Source: Octopus bimaculoides
Taxonomy: Eukaryota
Length of the DNA: 64,000 nt
Assembly: GCF_001194135.2 (NCBI RefSeq)
Contig: NC_068987.1
Coordinates: 105,038,491 to 105,102,490, forward strand
Direction: 5' to 3'
The position numbers and the translations under genes are program-made. Each line of letters starts with the position of its first letter. Positions within the stretch are counted from its first letter, which is position 1. This document shows positions 39,783 through 52,716 of the stretch, one piece after another. The notes under the pieces are model-generated. The model worked only from the letters and a program-made list of their open reading frames with translations. It was not told the DNA's origin and did no database searches.

Positions 39783-42700
39783 CGGTGTGTGCATATTACA
39801 TTATATCTGAATAAATACATATAAAATACCTCTAAAGAATACATTTAAATTTTAAGTAGATGTCAATCTACTTCCTAAATGTAAACCATTAAACTCGCAC
39901 ATGTACATAGCAGCCCACCCACAGTTACAGTAAATTTCACCTGAGAGAAGTTTTATGAAACCATTAGGTATTGGTTTGAAATTACCTGCTCACTTACACA
40001 TTGCTTTTTTTTTTTGTTGTTGTTGTTTTTTAACTCATATATAACTAATAACAGAATTACACTGGTATGCATGTAGTACACTTGCACACAAAGCAATGAT
40101 ACTTTGGGCTTCTGAATTACACTGAAAATTAGTTGAAGTAATAGTAGTAATAGAGTCAGAATATATTGTATGCTATAAAAAAATAACATCTTTTAGAACT
40201 GATAAATAAAATTATAATGGAAAAAAATCTGCTTAATTAACCCTCACTGTGCTTATTAACTATGTCCCACAAGCTAGTGATGTAACATGCTAATCATATG
40301 CAAATTGGTTCTCATAAACTCTTTCAACTGGTTGCTAAAAATAAAATGTACTCCACTATTGAAAGCTCAGAGTTAATGACACAATCATAAAGGCATAGAA
40401 AAGAGAGAGGGGGTTACCTCAAATATTGCAACACAACCTCCAGTTGTAGACAATGGAACTGCGCATCTTTTTTGATTTACTTGAAACAAATCGCTCTCAC
40501 CAGGAATGTTCCTTGATAAATTTTTTAAATTTTCAATATGATGTTCCTTGTTCAGTGTGGTAGCTTTAAGGTGTTTAAATTTCAATTGTCTAATATCTGA
40601 AAGTAAAAATATGATGATGATGAATTCCAATATTTTAAATCTGGGTTTGTCCCCGTTAACGGCGATGGCTGGATCTGCCTCACTCTTACAGCAATTTCTC
40701 TCACACCATCTCACCTGGTTTGGGGTGTCCTCCTACCTCAAGCCAACCCACCCAATCTCCTCTTCAACCCGTCTCCTCCACGTTTTCTTTGGTTAACCTC
40801 GCTTTTGCGGTTCGTTCACTTCAAACTCAAGCACTCTCCTCAGAACATGAGCCTCATCCCTCCTCAACACATGCCCATAATGCCACACTCCATTCACCCC
40901 TGCCAGCTATTCCCCCAATCCCTCCAACCCCAGCACCCCCATCAAGTTTTCAGCCTTCCTTTTATCCAATAATTTCACACCACACATTGCTTTCACCATT
41001 GCTCTCTCAGTCCTTCTCAAAATTGCCATTTCGCTTTCCCATGTCTCACTCCCATACAGCATTGCAGATCTCCCGTAACTCCGATAAACCCTTCCTTTCA
41101 TCTTCAAGGAGAACCTTTTCCCATATAACAACACTCCACATTCCCTGAACTTCACCCAGCCAAGTCTCGCTCTTGCTGTCACAGCTGCTTTCTCACTTCT
41201 TCCACAAATAAAATCTCTTGCCAGTCATGGGGTCACCTTCTTCATTTTCGTACATCTACCATGAATCCATTTCCCACATTTTCTACACAACACCACATTT
41301 GCCATTACCTTCTTCCCACATATACCACATGGATCCACCTTATTCGCTAACACTTCTCCTTCCACCCTGCTCACCATCACCTTTGTCTTCCCAAGGTTTA
41401 CCTTCAAACCCTTGCTTTTAAATGCCTCCCTCCATTTCCGAAACTTCTCCCTCAATCCCTCCATCGTCTCACTCATCAGAACAAGGTCATCTGCACACAG
41501 TAGCTCCACTATCAATCTCTCTCATGCACTCTCTGTCACCACATCAACCACTATTGCAAACAACAATGGTGACAACACAGATCCCTGATGCATGCCAACT
41601 TTCACTGCAAACTTCTCCGACAGCTCTGATCCAACTCTAACTCTTGTCTCTACCCCTTCATACAACCTCATCACAGCCCTCACTATTACCTTCAGTACAC
41701 CTCTCTTCCTCAATGCCCACTCAATCACCTTCCTTGGAACCCTATCAAATGCCTCCTCCAGATCAATGAAGCACATGTACAACTCCTTCTCTCTGTATTC
41801 CTCTTGCAATCTCCTTACAATGAACACTGCATCTATTGTCCCTTTTCCGGGCATAAAACCAAATTGCATCTTGTCCACTCCAGTACTTCTTCCCAACTAA
41901 CCCTCTCCACTGGCTCCTTCACCATAACAGCTTCCACCCCCTGATCCCATTCATTCTCCTCATTCATAATTCCCTCCATATACTCTCTCCAAACTCCTCC
42001 CCTGTCCTCCTCACTAAAATTCAACCTTCCATCACTTCCCCTCATACATCTTCTTCCTTCAACATCTCTTCCATCTTTTTTCATTGATTTCATAAACCTA
42101 AACACTCTACCTGGGTTCTCATCCAGCCCATTCAACTGCTCCTCAGCCTCACATCAAAAATAATCACATCAAATTATTACTTAATTACTAAAAAGCATAT
42201 GGAATCTCACAAGTCAACAATTGTAAAATTGATATATCTCTCACAATAGTTATCCTCATTAACATATTTTGTTGTTGTAATCTCTAAGATTATAGAAGTC
42301 TTTTATAAACTAAAGGTCATAATAGAATTTAATCTTAGTTTCCAGTGAAGTATTTTGGTGCATTCTTTCCATTTTCATTAAATTTTGTGCAGCCTTTCCC
42401 TCTTTCCCTTTGCACTAAATAATGTCATTAATGGCTGATAATCACTGAGTATGGTAAATGATAATCCACACAGCTATGTGAAGAATTTTTCACATGTTCA
42501 AATCACAAGGTTTTCCTTCACATGTTGAAAATACTGTTTTTCAATTTTTAAAAGATTTTGCTTATAACTTCAAATCTACTACTCATCTTGACTACCTAAA
42601 TGGCAGATCTTTGTGGGGGAAGGTCATTCTCAGAATTACTTTAGAGTAATAAATCTTAGTCAAACCAAATAATGTAGTTCCACAGTAATGTATTTATACA

Positions 42701-45700
42701 AAGAAAGCCAAAGTTGCAAAATGTTTTTTACTTCTACAAAACTTATTCAAGTAAATAAACAAGTTAAATAGACTTGATCACATGACTACAAGATTGAGTC
42801 ACATGACAGTGTATAAATCATATAAAGCATTTGATGGTATCAAGTGGATGCTATAACTTCCTTCTCGCATACTGTAAAGCCACTTTCTAGATAGTGTTTA
42901 TTTATCTTAGTCTTTTCACATTAAGTAATTCTTCTACAGTTCATAAAATCTCTATAGCTCTTCAACAAACTTTTGTATGTGAACCAATTCACCCATGTCA
43001 AGGCTGACTGAGACCCAAGCCTGAATTACTGAGTGTCTACCAAAAGGATCATATTGAAGAGAAGAGAAGGTGACTAAATGGACAGCCCTGTTTGCTCTCA
43101 TCTACATGTCAAATTCATCATTGAAATCATCACATATCCTGCTTTGAGCATTGCATTACATAAAGTAAAATTACTCTTCATAGACATTCATCAACATCTA
43201 ATATAGAAATTATTGAAAATAACTGAATAATTAAATAAAGATGCATAGAATAATGATGATGATAAGTTTCTTAATGTTGCAAAAGCTAAGATGTCTCTCT
43301 ATAAGGAATTATTTTATTTGAATTTATTTAAATAACAAACAACTTACTTATAAAACGTGATGGAGTGGAAACGGATTTTTTGGCTGGCACAGATTTTTCT
43401 GGAGTTTCTTCTTTTACTTTACCTTTGCACTAAAACATTGAAAATATTGTTACAAAACACAAAATTATCTTTTACAATAATTGATTAATAATTCTAACAA
43501 CTGAAAAATATCTACCATACATGTTCAATGCAATTGCTTTCCTTTATTAGATATTTAACATAAATTATTAAAAAGCTTACATTAAGATAAACAACAGAAA
43601 TATTTTGACTATGTTTCATATTCATCATCATCATCATCATAGTCCATTTTCCATGGTGCCATAAGTTGGAGAGCTTGATGTACTGACAAGTCAGAGGGTT
43701 GCACTCGGTTCCAGTCGTCTGTTTTGGCATGGTTTCTACAGCTGGATGCCCTTCCTAATGCCAACCACTTTACAGAATGTACTGGTTGCTTTTTACATGA
43801 TGCCAGTACTAGTGTTCTTTACATAGCACCAAGAATACAATTATCTTTATTAATAAGGAGCAGAAAGGCATTAGCTCCTGGAGATGCTCAGCAGCAAAAA
43901 TGGTACAATAAAGGCCTAAATGTCTTGTGGCTTACAGACATGTCTCCTCAGATCCTGAGTTCAAATCTTGCTGAGGTTGATCTTGCCATTCATCATTTTA
44001 AGACAGATAAAATAAATACCAGTGATATACTGGAGTCAATTCAGTTCTTTCTAAGTTGTGATCTCAATAGTTTGCTTCATCGATTTTTTTTTAGTCAAAA
44101 TACTTCTTCTCACACAACAAAGAAAATATAAAACTATCAACACCAAACATATTATAGACTTCTAGTAACCAAGTTGAACTGGTATATAGCACTAGACCAG
44201 TTTTGATACAGAACACTAATGATCAAAACAATTCCAACCATGACCATCTCATCTTTTTTCAAACATGGTATATCTAAGACTGCATTATTCAATGTGTCTT
44301 TTGTCTCTTTAATATGGTAGGATGCAATTTGAGGGAGATTAAACTGACTGGCTCCTTTGCCAGTGGCACACAAAAAGCACCCATTACACTCTCGGAGTGG
44401 TTGGCGTTAGGAAGGGCATCCAGCTGTAGAAACATTGCCAGATCAGATTGGAGCCTGGTGCAGCTGCTGGCTCTCCAGACCTCAGGCAAACCATCCAACC
44501 CATGCCAGCATGGAAAACAGATGTTAAACAATGATGATGATGATTATATACACACATGCACACACACACGCATGTGTTTGCATGCATGCGTGTGTCCTTC
44601 TCTTGACATCATGTGATTGTTGTAAATGAATGTCATTCATTTGCATGTGAAAACAGGTCTGGCCATGGAGAAATATTACATCTCTTGGTAAGTGATAAGG
44701 GTTGGCAACAGAAAGGGCATCCGGCCATAGAAAATCTGCTTTGGTAAGCTCTGCTTGACTCATGCAACCATGGAAACATGGACCTTAAAGCAATGATGAT
44801 GATGACAACAATAATGAAAATGTACACCAACTACATGAAAAATGATGCTTTTATACAATTTATTTAAGGAAGTAGCTGGAACAAGATGATATAAAAAAGA
44901 AATTAAACTTACAATTTTATCCTCAATTGCTCCATTGGCAACTTTTGGAGTTTCAGACAGACATTCTTTCACATCCTTTTTGTTATTGCACTCAGCTTCT
45001 ATTTTAGAAGCTTTCCCATCTGCCTCAGTAGAATTTGTTGAATTCTTGTCTAAGTTCTCTGTGCAAGATGAATTTGAAGGAGTAGCTTCATTATCATTTT
45101 TCATTGAATTTTCATTTTCTGTATCTTTATTTTCTCTTACTTCTTCAGATAAACTGTTTTTAGTTTCCTCCATAGAGTTACAAGATTTTTTTCTAGTCTG
45201 CTGAGAATGTTCAGTTTTAGCATCTTCAGCAACTTTATTGTCAGAAAATACATCATTATCTTTTTCTTCATATTTTTTTGAATCTAAAACACAGTTGCCT
45301 TTTTGGAATTTTCGTTGTGGTGGTGGAGAATGACTTAATTCTATGGCTGCATTCAAACTGTCGATTTTCTGCATAATAGTTTCACTTGCTCGACGTTGAC
45401 TTTTTGGAGTTAATGGACCTTTCACCTTGCTGTTTTCTGTAGAAGAATTTACAGTTGATTCCTTGTTATTTTCAGTAGAATTTACTGTTAATTCCTTATT
45501 GTTTTCAGATATATCATTTGCTGGTTTGCTTTTGTTTTCAGTACAAGAATTTATGGTTGATTCCTTATTGTTTTCAGTAGACAAATCAGCTGTTGATTTC
45601 TTTTCATTTTCAGCAGAAGAATCACATTTTAATAACTTCTTTTCTTTAGAAGGATCAACTGAGTCACTTGCATTAGTAATAGAATTAGTACCTGGTGCAT

Positions 45701-48700
45701 TGAGATTGTGAGCTCTGAGGGTTAATGGTGCTCTTTTACTTGGATTTAAATCCATAAGTTCCAACTGGAAAACAAAAAGAAAAACTGATTTCATTTGTGA
45801 TGATGGGCTATGTTGTTTGAACAAAGAGGATTTAAAGACTATGAGATATGGAATTAATACTGATCAAGTATATTGGAGATTAACACTATTAACACCAATA
45901 CCACTTCCTAACGCCAACCACTCCGAGAGTGTAGTGGGTGCTTTTACATGCCACTGGCACGAAGGCCAGTCAGGAGGTACTGGCAACGGCCACGATCGAA
46001 ATGGTATATTTTACGTGACACCTGCACAGGAGCCGGTCCTGCGGTACTAAAATTTACAAACATTGAAAAATAACAGACTTTACTCTTATACTCAAACTTG
46101 AGTGAAAGTTTTATTATATTTTTATTACAAATTTCCCCGTAACAAAACTAAAAAACAGCTGAGAAAAAAAATAATGTATAATAATATAAAAATAAAAGCT
46201 AGGCAAAAAGATATTTAATTAACAGTAAAAAGTAAACAAATTACTGTAATTAGATGTTGTTGTTTTGCCTTAAATCAGTCCTAATTGAATAAACCTATAA
46301 TAAAAGACTTTCCAGCCTTATTATAAAGGAATGGTGCACCAAGAACTAAACCTGTCCTTTTTAAGATGGTATGGTGTGATTTGAGAAATGTCAATCAGAT
46401 ATTTCTAGCTGGTCAAGTAACCACATTGAGGCCCCTTCATTAGCTTGATACTTTGATTAAAGAAGACAAGCAATATAAATCATAAAACAAGACAAAATTA
46501 TGTTACCCCCAGCAGGGCTACATTTCAATGATTATAACAAGTAAAGGAATTAAAGAATTTTTTGGGCAAATTCCTAACTTTTTAAAAAATTGCATAAAAT
46601 CATGGATGAAGTTGAAACTTACCGGTTTGTTTTCTCCTGCTAACCACTCAGAAGCTTGCATAGATGGTTGCCCATTAGGGACTTCTGGGAAAATATCAGA
46701 ATGGTATTCTCTATAGGACTAAAGACAAAATAAAATATTCATGTATTTACCATATTTAGTACCACATTACTATAAGTAAATGGAAATATCAAAGAAAGAG
46801 AAAGGATGAATTTTAAAAAATATAGTTAGTGGATTTGAATTACATTTCTTTTGATAAAACTATAGGGTGTCCACAAAGTCTGGGTACATGAGGATTAACA
46901 CATACTTTAAGAAATTATTATTTCTTATATTTAATTGTTTATGTTATGATTTTATTTACTCCATATACCCAGACTTTGTGGACACCCTGTAGATAAGAGC
47001 AACATTCAAAATAGTAGCTAGGTCAATGTTTCTCAACCATTTTTTACCCAAGGACCCCTTTTGATACCTAGTTTACTCAGATGAACCTTCAATGTATATA
47101 AAAAAAAAATTCTATTATATTTTTATAATTAAATATTATTAGGTATTGTATAAAAAAAAATTAATTATTTTGTATATTGTAGAAGTATAACTAATTTATT
47201 GCAGATAAATATTAACAACAAAATCTTGTGTGGACCCTGCTCCCCAAGCGCCATGTGGACCCTCATTGAGAATAACTGAGCTAGGTAAATGAAGATAAAT
47301 CAAAGGTGAATGCTGAATGATCAGTAAAACCCAAAAACTTTATATTTATTTATTCACTCTTTCTCATCAAATTGTGAAGGTGCATGGCCTTGTGGTTAGA
47401 CCATTGCATCCATGTTTGCAAGATCATGATTTCAATTCCTGAATTGGGCAGCATGTTGCGATATTGAGCAAAACACTTCATTTCACATTGCTCTCGTCCA
47501 CTCAGCTATAAATGAGGAGCCCTGTGATGGACTGCTGCCCTGTGATGGACTGCTGCCCTGTTCTGGGGGAATATTATAATCTCGATTGCTATAAACCATG
47601 GAAACCAGATAACTGGCTCTCCGTGAGTCCTTGAACCCAGGACAGTAATGTCCATCTTACTACATCAAAATACATTTCTTTGAAAGATTAAACATCTTAT
47701 ATATTTTTTCTACTATATTCATAAGCACAAGCATGACCAAGTGGCTAGAAATTTCACTTCCCAGCCACGTGGCTTCAAGTTCAGTCTCATAGCACAGCAA
47801 CTCTAGCCTTTGATTAGCATGTTGAAGCTCTGGAGTGAAGTGATTTAGCGTTGGAGGTGTTTAGTGCAGAATCAGAGAGTGAGACACAACAGTGATTATG
47901 TGATTCAGAATAGCAGAGATTACCTGTGGTAGAAAAAGCAGGAAAATAAAAACAACACATCAATAAGTCTACTGCTTGAGTGTATAGGTGAAGTGGGTTT
48001 GGGGTAAGGTCTCGCAAACTTGCAGCAATGCTGTTCCAGGTGAGAAAGCAGAGCAAGGGAGACAGAGGGGATACAGAGAGAGAGAGAGATGTTATTTCAA
48101 ATGTTAATTTAAGTGAAGATTACGTCTTAAACACATGCAAAAAAAAGGAATGAAAGTTCACTTACTTTCCTGGGAACAATGTAAGGTGTTGGAATGATTG
48201 CATTTTTAATCAGAAGAATTAGTCTGTTTATCTCTCCTTTCATGACATCTAATGCTTGTTTTGGGACCACAGCAGCCCCTTTGATTTGTTCTGTACGATC
48301 AGCAGCCACTGTAAACAAAGAACATCGGGTGGACTTGAAACACAGAAATAATCAGGTTGTTTAATGCATATAATGTAAATCTGTTCTAATAATGGGGGAG
48401 GTTAGAGAAAGATACAGAGGAGATAATATTTATCCCCAGGTAAACATGGGTGTTCTGTTAGATATGAACAAGAGTGGTATCTATCGCAGTAAAGTTTGTT
48501 TTAACAATTTCCTCTTAGTATTAATACTGCCTCTGTCGTTAATATACATTTTTTAATTAAGGAGAGAAAGAGAAGGTAGGAAGTGTGAAAATATTTATTA
48601 AATTCTATAATTTAATAAATATTCTAGATTATTATGGTCCTAATTAGATTGAGAAATGAAGTAAAGATGATAGCACAATTGAATCTACCAAAGTATATTA

Positions 48701-50038
48701 ATCAAGGAATTAGAGTTAAGTCCAACTTGGTGCCTTGGGGCATTTTTTCTTTTTGTCATTTCTAAATATGACTTAGAGAAGCTTTATCATTTGAAATAAT
48801 TTGGAAAAGTACTAGTTTTAAATTAGTGAATTTTATATAAGATATATGAACGAGCAACTTTAGTCTACTAATATTTAAATGTATCTGTTTTGTAAACTAT
48901 TTTCCATGTGATTAAATTGAAAATTTCAGTTTGTGACAGGAGAAAACTAGATGGTGATATGTTTATTTCCTTAGAGAAGTTATATGGATTTTGAGAAAAG
49001 AAATATTCACATTCACATACACATAAACATAAATACTTATATACAGCCATATAAATACTTTTAAAGTAAACTTGAAAACGAACCGTCTGTAATATGTGGG
49101 GTCCGGTCAGTATATTCCAGAAATCTCAGTGTATTATCTCCCTAAATGTGAAATAAATAACAAAAGATTGAGAAATGTTAGAAGATGGTAACGATGGGGA
49201 GAAAAACTGAGTTGAAGAAGTAGGAATAATACATAGATGTATGACTACAATGTGCACTGGGATGGTTCAATAAGCATTTGAACTCGAGCTCATTTTAATG
49301 GACAATGATAAGATACTCTCAAGAGAAAGTCTTCAGAGAAGAAACCCTATTCAGGCAAGTGTTTTCACCCCTAACTTCTTACACTCTAAGGGGACCGGGC
49401 TACATCCAGGTCATGACTCTTGGATGCCCTTCTGCTGACACATTTTAGCCACTTGGATGTCAGACTTGTGCACTTAAACTGCTTGAAAGCTTCTTTTAAT
49501 GGTCAATAAGTTAAACAATGTAATGCCAAGACTGTCGAATAATTTCCCAATGCATTTGCAGTGTCGCAAGTAGCAAGAGCGTCGACATAATTTATGATGA
49601 TATATGCAGAATTTAATGTAATTCAACTGTTGTTTAGCCATAGGTCAGCCATGATCAAGCAAACCTAATAATCAAAGGTGTTCCAGACATGACCATCCCA
49701 TCATTTTTTTATGTTAGTTTTTCTTTTTTTTTTTTTTTCAGATAAGTGTACATAGTACTACATCATTCAATGCATCCTCTTTTCTTTTTAAGATTTGGGT
49801 TCAATCCTACTGCAAGACACATTTGATGAGTGTCTTCCACTATAGCCCCAGGTCAACCAAAGCAGTGTACCATATTTCTTCTCTTCCAGAGAATAAGCCA
49901 GGTGCCTAATGTAAAGTTTCTTATGGTAGATTTTTCATTTTGCAATCATACCAAGGATAAAAAAGCTGGTTTCAATTATAGCAAATACAAAAAAAAAAAA
50001 AAGGTTGTTTCCCCCACCCAACACGCACACACATACAC

Positions 50039-50088
<50 letters not shown>

Positions 50089-52685
50089 GTTTTGTGCAAA
50101 AGAAAATCCTACTTTTGTAACAATAACAACTAGAATGTTTACCCTCCAATAGGAAATTAAATGGTCGTTGAAAATAACATTGTTAACATTCATACACACA
50201 TTTAAATGAAAAAGATGCACAAAACTGGAAAATCCTACTTTTGTAACAGTAATAACTAGAACGTGAAATGTTTACTTCCCAATAGGAAATTATATGGTCA
50301 TTGAAAATAACATTGTTAACATTCAGACATTATTATTATTATTATTAAATGAGAAAAACACAAATGCAAAAATTTCGTGTCACATACCTTCCCAACAAGG
50401 AACAACATGTTAGTTCGGTCATCAAAAAATGGTATAAAGACACTAAAAGCAGAAAAAAAATAATGCAAACTTGAATGAAATGTGAATGTTAAGCCAATTC
50501 TTTTGATAAAAATATCTAATGGAGTATTTATCAAAAGTATCAAAATGAATCCATGTTTAATAAGAGTATGCAGTCTATACATTTACATGAACTTTATGCA
50601 TTCTAGAAATTAAATATCGTGCAAGTATAAGAAAAGGCTGCGTATCTATTAATGATATTAAATAGAAAAATATTTTAAAATTAAATCACATTAAAAGGCA
50701 AAAAATATCGATAGTAGTGATAACCATTAATATAAATGTTTCAACTATAACAATTTAAAAGGAAGAGAAGATATCATCATCATCATCATCGTTTAACGTC
50801 TGCTTTCCATGCTAGCATGGGTTAGATGACAGAAATTTAGGACAAGGCTACATATTTGTAAATTTCCTACCAAATTTGAATATCTTGGTTTTATACATCA
50901 TTTAATTTTATATATTTTAATTTGTTAATGTTTAGGTAATGGATTTAAAAACAAAAACAAGAGTAATGTTTTCACTGAAGAAATACATTATCTTTTTTGA
51001 TTTCACATACCCAGGAGATGTATCCATTGAGTGTGTACAGACAGGTGATGATGGATTTTTCAAGTCCCATAAAAAGAGCTGTCTTTGTCTCACCTATGGT
51101 ATTGGTAAAAATAATATTGTGTTGAAATGGATTTTGTTGTAATTCTTGAGGAGCAGAAATGGTAAATTGCTAATTTCAGAAAATTAATTACTTGCAATGA
51201 ACTACACAAACATAAACGAAGAACAAATGCAATATCATGAATGGGATCTAACTTCAGTAAAACATCTTTTCCAAAGCTGTGTAAAAAGAAAAGCGAAACA
51301 AATTTTTGAATTGTTAATTAGCTTAACTGTTTTACTATGTCTTATTAAGAAGAAGAAACAAAACAAAACAAAACAAAAATGATATTTACAGAATCAAAGC
51401 CTGTACTGAACAACATTTCTTCACTTCCGAGCCACGATACACGGGATTCCTTCTGGCCAGCATGTCCTTTCAGTTCCTGAAATTGGAAGCAACAGATTAA
51501 ATAAATGTTGTTGTACATGATAAAACATTGTTATACATCGTTACCAGTTCTATTAACCCATTATCTCCCATAATTCTATTAACTGGAATTTTTTTATGAA
51601 ACTTTGATTTCTAGCATAAAACAGCCTTAGGAGCACGCTGGAATGATCAAAATAACATTTTAAATAGAAATAAGCGAGATATTGGGTGAAAAATTAGAAT
51701 ACCTCATTTGAATATCAGAAATATACCTAGTAGAGAGAGCAAAAAGGTTAGATATGTGTAAATATTGACAGATAATTAAGAAATTTGTAATTTTTAAGTG
51801 ATCTCATGAGATCACTGGTAGATAATGGGTTAAGAATGACTTGATGCAAACAGAGAAGCTTCTACACTGTCATTTAATCTGCTGAATGCAATTACCATTT
51901 CTCTATAAAAATCTGAACTAAGCATGACTATCAACATCATCGTCATTGTGTAACATCCACTTTTCCATGCCCACATGCATCAGAGTTTGTTGAGGCATTT
52001 TCTATAGCCAGATGCCTTTCCTGTCATCAACCCTCACCTGTTTCCAAGTAAGGGAAATATTTCCCCCGTCGCTCCATGAACAGACGTTTTAACATATGTA
52101 TAAATGTGCCGAAAACCTTGTTACGAACCTGACATACAGTTTGAGCACGAGGATCCAATGTGCGAATAAGTTTATCTTTACATGTTGTTGCTAGCATTGA
52201 TCCGTCTCCTTTCCAAGCAATCGCTTGTACCATATCACTGTGCTCATCTAGGGCTGTGAAAAGAATAACAACATATTAGAAGAAATAATACAACAAAGAA
52301 TATTTAATGGAGATTTCAAATGTAATCTGAAAACATAATATAAAAAAACAAATATTCTATTCAAAATCATCATCATCATTTAGCATCTGTTTTCCCTGCT
52401 GGCATGGGTTAGATAGTTTGACTGGGATTGGCAAGCCGGAGAGCTGTACCAGTTTCCAGTCTGGTGTGGTTTGGTTTCTACGGCTGGATGCCCTTCCTAA
52501 CATCAACCACTCCAAGAGTGTAGTGGGTATCTTCTGCATATCACCAATATGGGCGCCCTTTACACGTCACCAGCACAGGTGCTTTTTATGTGTCACTAGC
52601 ACTGGCCATGACTACGATTTTTTTTTTTTTGATGGTATACTGGCTGTGAGTTAAATGATGAAGAATTCTATATGTGTGTGTATAT

Positions 52686-52716
<31 letters not shown>

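Noticed and set aside
44935-45711. Plus-strand ORFs of 89 and 94 aa
   Set aside because: Antisense shadows of CORO7 exon 10.
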